In this document: one piece after another, positions 53,246 to 64,000 of the stretch
Position numbering within the stretch: the first letter of the stretch is position 1
Layout: every line of letters starts with the position of its first letter
Origin: Reclinomonas americana ATCC 50394
Taxonomy: Eukaryota
DNA length: 64,000 nt
NCBI GenBank assembly: GCA_048213135.1
Contig: PS015015.1
Coordinates: 96,925-160,924 of the forward strand
Reading direction: 5' to 3'
The notes under the pieces: model-generated
Databases searched by the model: none
What the model saw: only the letters and a program-made list of their open reading frames with translations
What the model was told of the DNA's origin: nothing
Made by a program: the position numbers and the translations under genes

Positions 53246-56200
53246 TTACGACAGGCGAGCCGGGTTCACCGGCGGCACCACCACTGGCCGCGCTTGCCCT
53301 GCGTAGTAGTTGTTGACCGCCATTCGCTCTGCACAGGAAGAAAGCATAAGAACACAATCGCTTCCCACGCCGGCAAATGCGGAACGCAACGACGGCAGGT
53401 GTGCAGCTGCTGCTGCAAATCGGCCACTGGCGTGGGCTTCTTCCAGTTAGCAGGTGGCCGCGTGCCGTTCAGCAGCGAGTAGTACCAGCGGAGGAGGGCC
53501 ATCCGACGGGCCGTGTCGAGGCACTTGGTCCGCGTGGGTCGTGGCGCTGGGGCCGGTGCTGGCTGCGCATACTGAGGCATGTAGTATGGCGACGGCTGCG
53601 GGTAGTATCCGTACGGCATTGGCGGCGCCGGGGCTTGGTAGGTCGGTGGTGGTGGCGGCGGCGGTGCAGGTGTGTAGTACTGTGGCGTGGGGGCGTAGTA
53701 GTACGGCAGTGGCACAGACTGCGGTGCTGGAGCTGGGGCAGGAGCAGGCTGTGCGTACTGCTGGTGCGACGGCACGTTGCAATGGTACGGAGCCGCAGGC
53801 TGCGGCTGCTGCTGCGGCTGTGGTGGCGGTGCTCGGCGACGGCGAGGAGCCGGCGGAGCGTACATTGGCGGAGGGTACGAGACATCGCATCCTTGCGCTG
53901 GCGCTTGCGCTGGTGGTGGCGGAGGCAGTGCATAGCGGCGACGGCGAGGAGGCGCAGAAATGGGGTTCTCCGACACATCGCAGCCACCCATGTCACCAGC
54001 CGCCGGGGGTGGCGGTGGCGGTGGTGGGCGTGCATAGTACGGATCCGGGATCATGCGTCGGCGAGGTGGTGGCGGTGGAGCCGCAGCAGCAGCAGCAGCA
54101 TCTTGCTCCTGCGCCTCTTCGGCATCATTGACAGCGGCAGAAGCCGCAGATCGCGGTCGCGCATAGTACGGGTCGGGGACGATGCGGCGACCGCCTCGGC
54201 GCCACGCACCATAAGTCGGAGCGGGACCATCGGCAGCGGACGGAGCTGCCGCAGCGTCGTCGTCGGCATCTGCACCGTCGCGAGACAGGAGGCGGCGGCC
54301 ACGTGCACGACGCGGCATCACAGCACCCTCCTCGTCCTCTTGTGGAGCACGAGCGGCTTCGGCTGCGGGCGGCGCAGCTTGTGCGGCGGGCTCCTCATAG
54401 TCGTTCTCCTCTGCAATCAAATGTAAGTGGCGGTTCGCAGAAGTGATAACCAACTCAGCAAGTGACCTTCAACAAGAGCCGCTGCAGGTCCACGAAGGCG
54501 CGAGGTCGGCGACGCGGCAAAAGCTGCTGTCGGCACGGCCAGTTGGGCGGCGGCACCAGCAGCCACTGCACATTTACGTCAGCACGAGAGACAAGGAAGA
54601 TGGATCACAGTATGGGGAACATACCGTTGCGGCTGCGCTGCGGTGCCAGTGCGACAATGCACTTCTCCACAGTGTTGATGCGACGAGCCAGTCGTGCCTG
54701 GGCAATGTGGCACACTGCGCGTGCACGCAACGACCGGGGCGCACGAGGGCACGCGTGGGCGGCGACATTGCGCAGCTTCTTCACCACCACCAGTGCTTGA
54801 CGGCAACGGCCGCGGTCGATAGTCTCAACTGCGCACACAGATCGTCAGCAACACTGCAGCTCGTGCAACACAACAACACTCGTCGTCAATCCTCACCGTC
54901 GTCATCGTCGTCGACGTTTTGGTTGCGGCGCTTCTGACGGCGTGGTGCGCTGTCATTGTCGTTGATTTCGCTGCGGCGTCTGCGACGGCGAGGCGCGCTG
55001 TCATCGTCGTCGTTGACACTGCGGCGCTGGCGACGACGGGGTGCACTGTCATCGCCGTCCAAGTCTGCGACAAAGGGGAAACAGAGTGGGCACACCACAC
55101 ACTTTCATCACCGGCTGTTGACAGTGCTTACCATTCTTGCTGGGGCGGCGACGGCTAGCAGACCGTCGCTTGCGGCCACCTGTGAGTATAGCAATGAGTG
55201 CAAGCGCCCTCTCATTGTCACATGCAAATTCAGTGCATGTCGCGCACCACCATCGCGGCGGCGGCTTGGACGACGACCACCGTCCTCCTCGTCGTCGAGG
55301 TCGTCAGCACGACGAGTTGGCTTGCGGGGCTTGTCTTCGCTCTCCTCGTCAGCATCGTCACCTTGACGACGACGGCGGCGGCGGCGGCGATCGCCCTTCA
55401 AGTCGTCCTCATCATCTGCGCCCGCAAAAGGGAACACCACTTGAGTGCCACTGCAAGTACTCTTGCTGACCATTTTCGAATTCATACGCATACCATTGCG
55501 GGCAGCAGCACGACGACCACCTCGGCGGCGCAGGGTGGGCTGTCGGCGACGACGCAGCGGACCATCGTCGTCAGCATTGGCGTCACCGCCAGCATCTGTG
55601 CATGTGGTGAGTCACAACTCACACATTGATTTACAAAAGTGGTCATGGCTGTACGCACTCTTCCTGCGCTTGCGGCCGACAACAGCAGCATCATCGTCAT
55701 CAATGTCAATGTCATCAGCGACGCGAGAACGCCGGCTGTCACCTGCAGCATCGACACGTAAACAACGGAGGCGGTGCCACTGAAACAGAAGTCCACATCA
55801 ACCGTACCCTTGCGAGAACGCGGTGCAGCACGGTCGTCGTCCTCGTCAGTGGCTTCCGGAATGGCGCGCATCACTGTCAACATGACGATGATGGAATGAG
55901 TGCCCAAGTGCTAACAAGCACACATGGAGTGAGTGTGGTGAGGTGAACGCACTTCGTCGGAACTTGCGCGCGTCACGACGAATCACGTGCCGGAGGTACT
56001 CGCTGGTGGCTGTGCAAATGTGATACGATGAGCGCAGAACACGAAGGATCCAAAGGCAGCTCAAATAAACAAACCACCACGGATACGCTTGTCTTCACGA
56101 TCTGTTTGTGTGAAAGAGTGAGTGTGGGATTGACTGAGTGGCAACAGTGCACGGGAATGAGACTCACCAGAGCCGCGGTCGTCAGAGTCAGCGCCATCGT

Positions 56201-57225
56201 CTGCATGTGGAGAAAAGATATCAAACAAACCAGTCAGTTGTCGCTCAATACCTCGGTGAGGAATACGCTTCACTCCCATCACCATTGCGCGACGGCGGCG
56301 GCGACGACTCTCGCAAGCGACGCACTGCAGAGGCAGGAAGACATGTCAACAGGGGGATCAGCAACTACGCACGACTCAAACCACACGCGCAACTGTTCTT
56401 CTTGATGCGACTGACAATGGCGCGGCACCCTGCAAACATCATAGAGTGAGACAGTGGTGGGACGAAGTGATGGTGACACCATGATGTGAAAGAACTTTGC
56501 TTGTGGATGGGTTCCGGATCGGCCTGTGACGGGTCCACTGCACAGAGAGAAAGTAAACAACACTGCAACACACAACCATGGAAGTGGCAGTGGAGGTGAG
56601 AAAACAGTACGAAACAGCTGGCATCGAAACCGGGCAGACGGCGAACACGGTAGTCACGGAAGGTGCGACCGTCTGCCACCAGTGTCGAAAAACAGTCAGC
56701 AAACTGTCCAAGAGGCACTGCTTCTCTTCCCACACCCACCATTGTCTGCATCGTACTCGCGGTTGCTGAGTCGGGAAGCTCGCTTGCACGAGCGATTGGT
56801 CGGCGGCCGCGGAACTGCACAAATGACAACGATGACCACACAAGTACAGCAATGTATGCGAGTAAGCATTTTGGTACACACTGTCATCGGCAATAGTGCG
56901 ACGACGGCACATGCGCGGTGCGCCAGACGGCGGTGGGGGTGGCAGCGACGGCAGAGCAGCAGGACCACGACGACGGCGGCAACTCTGTGGCGGCGGCGAC
57001 GCTGGAGTCTCCCACGGCGCCGGAGCTGCATTCTTTGCTTGCGGTCGGTAACCTGTGTCCACACCCCACCATGTGAGTCGACAAAGAGACCGCAGTCGCA
57101 CAGACACCACAACACAGACCCTCCCAAGGATCACCGCTAGCAGGGCGCTTGAAGGCATCGGGCGCTGCGCACACCAGACCGCAATGAGACAACACAACAA
57201 AGACTGCGATCGCGACATGCTGCAT
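53246..57225 (-). CDS. Large secreted precursor-like protein with poly-Arg/Asp-rich repeats and a Pro/Tyr-rich C-terminal region (about 19 exons)
   Basis: Signal peptide MQHVAIAVFVVLSHCGLVCA at 57225. A continuous reading frame can be spliced through GT-AG introns to NPARLS*. No family recognised. Confidence 0.7.
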
Positions 57226-57297
57226 CCACGGCTCACCCCTCGTTGCTTTCACCACTGCGTGCGTTCAGCAGCAGCCCGTCAGTCAAACAAAGCCACA

Positions 57298-57865
57298 ATN
57301 NNNNNNNNNNNNNNNNNNNNNNNNNNNNNNNNNNNNNNNNNNNNNNNNNNNNNNNNNNNNNNNNNNNNNNNNNNNNNNNNNNNNNNNNNNNNNNNNNNNN
57401 NNNNNNNNNNNNNNNNNNNNNNNNNNNNNNNNNNNNNNNNNNNNNNNNNNNNNNNNNNNNNNNNNNNNNNNNNNNNNNNNNNNNNNNNNNNNNNNNNNNN
57501 NNNNNNNNNNNNNNNNNNNNNNNNNNNNNNNNNNNNNNNNNNNNNNNNNNNNNNNNNNNNNNNNNNNNNNNNNNNNNNNNNNNNNNNNNNNNNNNNNNNN
57601 NNNNNNNNNNNNNNNNNNNNNNNNNNNNNCCGCGCGTCGGCACTTTGAGTCGCTGCGGCAGCGCCAGGAGCGTCGTCGTGCCGAGCGTGAGGAGCGTCTA
57701 CGCAACCGCCAATATGCGGACGACGCGGAGGATGTCAGTGCTGCTCCTCCGCGCGATGACACTGATGCCCCGCGAGCTCGTGGACCCAGTGTGAACAAGC
57801 AGCTGCGCTGGCTCGGCAAGCTTCTGCGCGGCTACCCGCCGGCTGGTGGCGATGCACGACCATGA
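57298..57865 (+). CDS. Small Arg/Asp-rich hypothetical protein, mostly hidden in a gap
   Basis: 'acaat' abuts the gap (likely ATG). After the gap the frame reads ARRHFESLRQRQERRRAEREERLRNRQYADDAEDVSAAPPRDDTDAPRAR...GDARP*. Confidence 0.5.
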
Positions 57866-58012
57866 GCACCTACATCCTATTCTATCTTGTATCAACTTCC
57901 TCCCTTTGTGTTTTTTTCATTGACATGCACAATGAACGCGTGATGAGTCATCAGATATCCGCGCGCCGCGAGCACATAAATATCTCAGTCACTTTCAACA
58001 CACGACGCACAC

Positions 58013-60634
58013 ATGAGGCCACAGCTGGTGCTGTTGGCGCTGCTTGTGGCGGTGCTCCTCTGTGTGAGCGCTGCGGTTGCTGTGTCTGCGCAGCAGGAGG
58101 ACGAGGTGGAGGGAGTGGAGGAGAACTTTATGCTGGTGTCGCAAGTTTCGTCCGTCTGCGCGTCTCTCTCTCTCTCTCTGTGCACACTCTAACACACACA
58201 CATACGTAGAGCGACCATGCAAGTCAGAGTGCTGATGCGGAGGATGCCATGAATGGTGCGCGTGTGTTGTGTGTTGTCTGCTCTGCTACTCTCTTCTCAT
58301 TCCAAGCCGCCACCAGAGGCCGAGTCCGATGAGGAAGACGAGTGGCTGGACGATGGTGTGTGCACATATACACACGTACGCGCAAGTGCACCACTGTCTC
58401 CTCACTCACTGNNNNNNNNNNNNNNNNNNNNNNNNNNNNNNNNNNNNNNNNNNNNNNNNNNNNNNNNNNNNNNNNNNNNNNNNNNNNNNNNNNNNNNNNN
58501 NNNNNNNNNNNNNNNNNNNNNNNNNNNNNNNNNNNNNNNNNNNNNNNNNNNNNNNNNNNNNNNNNNNNNNNNNNNNNNNNNNNNNNNNNNNNNNNNNNNN
58601 NNNNNNNNNNNNNNNNNNNNNNNNNNNNNNNNNNNNNNNNNNNNNNNNNNNNNNNNNNNNNNNNNNNNNNNNNNNNNNNNNNNNNNNNNNNNNNNNNNNN
58701 NNNNNNNNNNNNNNNNNNNNNNNNNNNNNNNNNNNNNNNNNNNNNNNNNNNNNNNNNNNNNNNNNNNNNNNNNNNNNNNNNNNNNNNNNNNNNNNNNNNN
58801 NNNNNNNNNNNNNNNNNNNNNNNNNNNNNNNNNNNNNNNNNNNNNNNNNNNNNNNNNNNNNNNNNNNNNNNNNNNNNNNNNNNNNNNNNNNNNNNNNNNN
58901 NNNNNNNNNNNNNNNNNNNNNNNNNNNNNNNNNNNNNNNNNNNNNNNNNNNNNNNNNNNNNNNNNNNNNNNNNNNNNNNNNNNNNNNNNNNNNNNNNNNN
59001 NNNNNNNNNNNNNNNNNNNNNNNNNNNNNNNNNNNNNNNNNNNNNNNNNNNNNNNNNNNNNNNNNNNNNNNNNNNNNNNNNNNNNNNNNNNNNNNNNNNN
59101 NNNNNNNNNNNNNNNNNNNNNNNNNNNNNNNNNNNNNNNNNNNNNNNNGCCGCCGTCCGCGGAGAAGGTGGATGCGGCGAGTCGACGAGCGAATCGGGAG
59201 GCGCAGGCGATTGCAAAGCAGATTTTGCAGGTGCCGCGTCGTGCGGCGTCGTCGTTGCAGGCGACGGTCGATGCCGCGTTGCGGAATGCTGATGGTGACG
59301 CGGCGGACCGCATTCGTCGGTTGGCAAGCCGCGCGATTGGCTGCTTGCGCTCGTCGACGCGCACCAGCTGGGACGCGTGGCTCGAGCTGGCGGAGGTGGA
59401 CTCGGCTCGTCGCGGGGGCAGTAGCCGTTCCGTCCGCTCCAAGGCGCCTTCCAGCACCAGGAGCTTCAGCAACAGCAACAGTGGGAAGAGAAGCAGCAAC
59501 AGCAGCAGTAGCAAGAGGAACAGCAACAGCAGCCGTGGCGGTCGCAGCAGCAATGCCTCGAACGGCTCGGTCAACACGGTCAACAGTACGCTGCAGACGC
59601 TGAAGCAGCTGGTGGCACAAGCGGAGCGGGCCCCGAAGAACTCGGCCTTGGCACGCCTGGCCAACAAACTGCGACTGGCGGCGAGGACAGTCGGCCGCGA
59701 GGTCCGCACCTCCATGGTCGGCGTGTCGCCGTCGCGATTGCTGAATCTGGCGACCTCCAACGTCAAGGACTTGTCGCTGCAAGCCATGAACAATCCCGAC
59801 GTGACGCGCAATGTGCGACGCCAGGTCTACAACTCGCAGCAGAGCGTGCAGGCGCGCCTGACCAATTGCCGCGAGAACGTCGACGAAGTGCTGCGTGAGC
59901 TGAAACGCCTGAAGCAGGACTCCCAGCCGGAAGATGACGACGCAGCGGCGGATCCACAGCCGGCTGACGATGGCGATGACGACAACGACAATAACAACGA
60001 CGACGGCTCCGACGACGACCAGCAGCCGGCGCAGCAGCAACAAGAGCGACGACGCCGCCGCCGACGAAACAGTGCACCGATCGACGAGAGCGAGCCGGAG
60101 AAGGATCGCGAGCCAGTGGACGACAGTGGCGACGACGGCGACAGCGACGGTGGCGATTCTCCGCGTTTGCGTGGCCCGCCGTCACAGCGTCGCGGCAAGC
60201 GCAGCCGCAGCAGTGGCAGCAAGCGCAGCCGTGGCAGTGGCAGTGGCAGCATGCGCAGCCGTGGTGGCAGCAAGCGTCGCAGTGGTGGTGGCAAGCGCAG
60301 CCGCCGAAGCCGTGGACGCTCCTCGGCCTCCAGGAGCCGCCGCGGGCAGGTCAACCGACCCAGCGACCGCCTGTTGGGCACGCTGTGGCGTCTCCGCAAG
60401 AAGGTGGCGTACGCCGGTCGCAAACTCGAACGCTGCGCGCAGCGCAATTGGGCCTATCGCGGCACTCGCGGTGCCGGTGGCGATCGGAGAGGCCGTGGTG
60501 ACGGACAGCCTCGCTTTCCTCGCGCTGCGTCGTGGTTCGGCGCACCGCGGTACGATGGTCACCGCGAGGTGGAGTGGGAGCCGGGTCACCGTTGCGTCGC
60601 ACCAACACCGAGCAGAGAGGGAGAGCGAGAGTGA
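58013..60634 (+). CDS. Large secreted protein with acidic, Ser/Arg/Gly-rich and Cys-bearing helical blocks; gap inside
   Basis: Signal peptide MRPQLVLLALLVAVLLCVSAAVAVSA then acidic QQEDEVEGVEE; ~1.5 kb open frame after the gap. Joining across the gap is assumed. Confidence 0.65.
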
Positions 60635-60870
60635 CAGAGACAACTCACCTATTTGACATGCTTTGCAGCAACGGGTCGTCGACCACTCGGCACCCGCGCA
60701 CACCACGACACAGCACACAAGGGCAAGCGGTCGCCACTGCTCCGGCGACGACAGCAACAACGACGCCGCAAGTGATGCCCGTCGGAGCTCCGTCGGCGTC
60801 CTCTCGTCCGTCGTGTCTGTGTGTGTTCGTTGAGTGTTGACAGCGGGAGAGAGAGTGAATCGACAAGGGA

Positions 60871-62855
60871 ATGGTCACACTTCCGCGCATCGCACTGCTG
60901 GCTCTGCTGCTGCTGGCCATTGCTCTCCTCGTCGCGCATCACAGTGCACACGCTCACTCCGATCACGACGACGACGACGACGACGATGCAGGCAACGCGC
61001 ATCACGAGCATGCTCACAGCGACAATGATGACGATGACGACGACGATGAAGAGGAAGACACACGAGATGCAGCCGAGGTGCACACACAGAGATAGCGTGA
61101 GGAGAGAACATGTCAGACAACTCACGCACACACACGCACACACAGAATGGTCTGACGACTGGCATTGTACACGTGTTGAATGGCGACTCGTTCCACGAGG
61201 TGACGCGTGTCGGGCAGTGGCTGATTGAGTTCTATGCACCGTGGTGTGGCCACTGTCAGCGACTGCAGCCGGTGTTTGAGGAGAGTGCGCGTGCGGCCCC
61301 GGATGTGTTCTTTGGCAAGGTCGATTGTGATGAGCACAGGAGTTGCGCGCGCGCGCGCGTGTGTGTGTGTGTAAGTGTGTGCGTGTGTGTGTAGGCCACT
61401 CATGCGTTGCTGTGCAGCTGTGTGCGAGGAGTTTGATGTGTCGGGATACCCGACAATCAAGTTGTTGCGTCTCTCTTTCACTGTGTGTGCCTGAGAGGAT
61501 TGCTCATTCCCTGTGTGCATGCAGCAAGCGCGGTGAGGTCGTGTTGCCGTACAAGGGTGCACGCACGCGTGACGGCTTCGTGCACTGGTTGAAGCGTGTC
61601 AATGGGTAAGTGTGCGCTCTTGTCCTTTTCTTCTGTCTGCATGTGCTTACTCGCCTGTGCGTGTGCAGTCCGGTGCTGCGTGAGGTGTCGGCCGATAGCG
61701 TGGAGGCGTTTGCCACGGAGGATGCGCGCAGTGTGTCGTTTTTGCTCATTAACCCGTCGGCGGAGGCTCGAGTTGCGCCCTGCCTGCTGCTGTTGTCGTT
61801 GTCTTTGCATGCGGGTGGAGAATTGACTGGTCTCGGCTGCGCAGCGCAATGTGGAGTCTGTGGCGCAGACGTTGCTGTTCGAGAACAAGTTTGGCGTGGT
61901 GAGCGAGGAGGACAGCAAGGCGGTGCTGCAGGAGCTGCGCTTCAAGCTGCCGAAGAAGAACAAGAGCGGATTGTTGTCGATTACGATTGGTGAGGGCGTC
62001 GACTTGTTGGTGGAGAGCGTGCTGGAGAATGCCGAGGCAGTGCGCGACTGGGTGCACTCTCGTCGCCTGCCGCCGGTGGCCGAGCTCAACGAGGGCACGT
62101 ACGAAGCGATTTCGGAGGACACTCGCAACACGTACCTGTTGATTGCGTCGTCGCAGTTGCCGGGGTCCATGGAGAGGTTCTTTTTTGCGCATAGCTCGTG
62201 CATCTGTTGACGTGGATTCTTACCTTCTCCTTGTTGCGCCAGTGCACGCAACCTGCTGACGGGGCCTGCGCGAGCTGATCGCAGTCGCCTGTTTGCGGTG
62301 ATTGACTTTTCCAAGTACGAGCGCTTCATCGAGAGCACGCTGAGCACGTCGGCCACCGAGCTGCCCGTCATCATGCGCATCGATTTCAAGGAGAGCACCT
62401 TCCAGAAGATGTCGGCCGCCTCGCGTGGCGACAATAACCTCATCTCGGAGGAGCAGCTGCACGAGTTCATTCGCCAAGCCGAGGCCGGCGACATTTCGTC
62501 TTGTTGCGTGCGACTTTTGTTGGGTGTGGACGCGATCGATTCTTGTCTTCTCTCACGTCTTGCTTGTTACACCAGCGTCGTTCGGTGGTGGCGTGTTCTC
62601 TGGGCTGTGGAATGCGGGCAAGAAGTTCTTGGTGCGTCACGATTCTCTTGTACCCCTCCCTCACCTGCATTTTGTTCACGCTTGTGTGTGTGTGCGCGCG
62701 CGCAGATCTACATTGGCCAGAACCCGTCCGTCGGTGTCAGCATTGTGCTGGCCTACATTGCCGTCATGGGTCTCCTGGTGTACGTCTTCCGCCGCATGAG
62801 CTCGGGCGACGACAAGGACGACAAGCCGGCCGTCAAGGACAAGGACAGCGACGGT

Positions 62856-62887
<32 letters not shown>

Positions 62888-63011
62888 GGCCGACGGCAAG
62901 AAGGGAGACGACAAGCGGAAACCGAAGAAGGCCAGTGCGGCGGCGGAGGGTAGCGCAGCGGTGCCGGCAGCCACGGTGCGTGCCAAGCAGGGCGAGGCCA
63001 AGCAAGACTAG
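60871..63011 (+). CDS. Transmembrane protein disulfide isomerase (TMX3-like) with a His/Asp-rich N-terminal extension
   Basis: Signal peptide; [61 protein letters not shown]; acidic tail. Confidence 0.88.
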
Positions 63012-63100
63012 ACGAGAAAATAGCCGTGAATGGATGTAGCGAGAAATACAACAGCGCGAAAGAATCAGGGGAACAGGCTCTTCATTGCCTTCGCTGCAGC

Positions 63101-64000
63101 TCAGCAACCGAACTGGATGGTGACGTTGCTGTTGATGGCGATGTTGCTCAGAGAGATGTCGAGTGTCTTGAGCGTGGAATCGAACTTGAAGGCCGTTTGC
63201 ACATTGTTCACCTGCACCGTGCACACATTCGGCACGCCAAACACCTGCACCTCGCCCAGTTGCATCTGTGCCGCCGGCTTGTACCTGATGGGGACAGACA
63301 ATTGACAGAGTTAGTCTCTAGTGAAAAGAATGTGAGGCGGAAGAGAGGAATGGAACGCACTGATCAAACACGGCGCGCGACGAGAGCTGCCACTTGGTGC
63401 TGGAGACCGATTGCACCGCCATCTGCACCAACGTGTACGTGCTCGTCGAGAGGCTGTCGAGAGAGTCGCCGTCGTCAATGTACAGCTCGCCCTGCGCGGC
63501 GCCGTTCTGATCGAGGCCGACCAGGAACTGGAACGGGTTGCGACGGGTGGCGGCAGTGGTCAGTGCGGGCGCCTGAGCCGGCACAATAGTGCCACCGCGC
63601 ATAAAGACAGGGATGACCGTCAGTGGTGCGGAGATCGTCTGGTACGAGCCAGCACCCGACACCTCGCCGCCGGTCCAGTAGTTGTACCAGCGAGTGTTGG
63701 CCGGAAGATATGCCGACACCGAGGTCGCGCCCTGCGTGAGCACAGGCACCACCATCAGAGCCGAACCTGCGTGTTGGGGGAAGGGCAGTGAGTGTGTGTG
63801 TCTGCGCAGAGAGCGTGGAAAAGTGGTTGGTCGCGGGGTAGGCACTCACCGACCATGAACTGACGATCGATGTAAGGCAGCGACGACTCGCTGTCGTTGG
63901 GGAACTCCCAGAACAGAGCACGCCACACGGTGGAGCCCTGCGACGACGCGCGGAAGAAGAGCGTGTAGTAGTACGGCAGAATGCGGTAGCGGTTGAGGAG
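63101..64000 (-). CDS. GH31 alpha-glucosidase, C-terminal part
   Basis: RYRILPYYYTLF; VWRALFWEFP; DRQFMV|GSALMVVPVL; RWYNYWTG; IPVFMRGG; AQGELYIDDGDS. Confidence 0.92.

Noticed and set aside
62490-62580. Apparent non-canonical GT-AC intron in the PDI gene
   Set aside because: A downstream GT donor (gttgcg at 62503) with the cag acceptor keeps the frame, so the intron is GT-AG.

Overview
Gene-dense, intron-rich eukaryotic DNA, probably from a flagellated protist (organism not identifiable from sequence alone). Most introns are short GT-AG introns of about 60-90 nt, microsatellites are abundant, intergenic spacers are very short, and there are several assembly gaps. The supplied ORF track is mostly exon fragments, so the gene models here were spliced by eye and boundaries are approximate. 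Recognisable genes: two NHL-repeat beta-propellers, a PsbP/Mog1-like protein, an intron-containing Zisupton/HMGXB3(KDZ)-like transposase, a multipass membrane protein, an importin-alpha-like protein, a degenerate ADP-ribosylglycohydrolase, PIG-X, a p25alpha/EF-hand-like protein, a DyP peroxidase, an F-box/WD40 protein, a STAND-NTPase/TPR (NLR-like) protein with an unrecognised N-terminal domain, an LRR protein, an ERMP1-like M28 peptidase, a BRCT-WGR-PARP, a TMX3-like PDI and a GH31 glucosidase. Top candidates for novelty: (1) a three-gene cluster at 53.2-60.6 kb of unrecognised precursor-like proteins (two with clear signal peptides) built from poly-Arg convertase-type sites, Asp-rich spacers and Pro/Tyr- or Ser/Arg/Gly-rich blocks, directly followed by a His/Asp-tailed PDI; (2) the NLR-like gene carrying a candidate DNA-binding domain; (3) a recurrent atypical GTTGCG splice donor plus 5-9 nt micro-exons.
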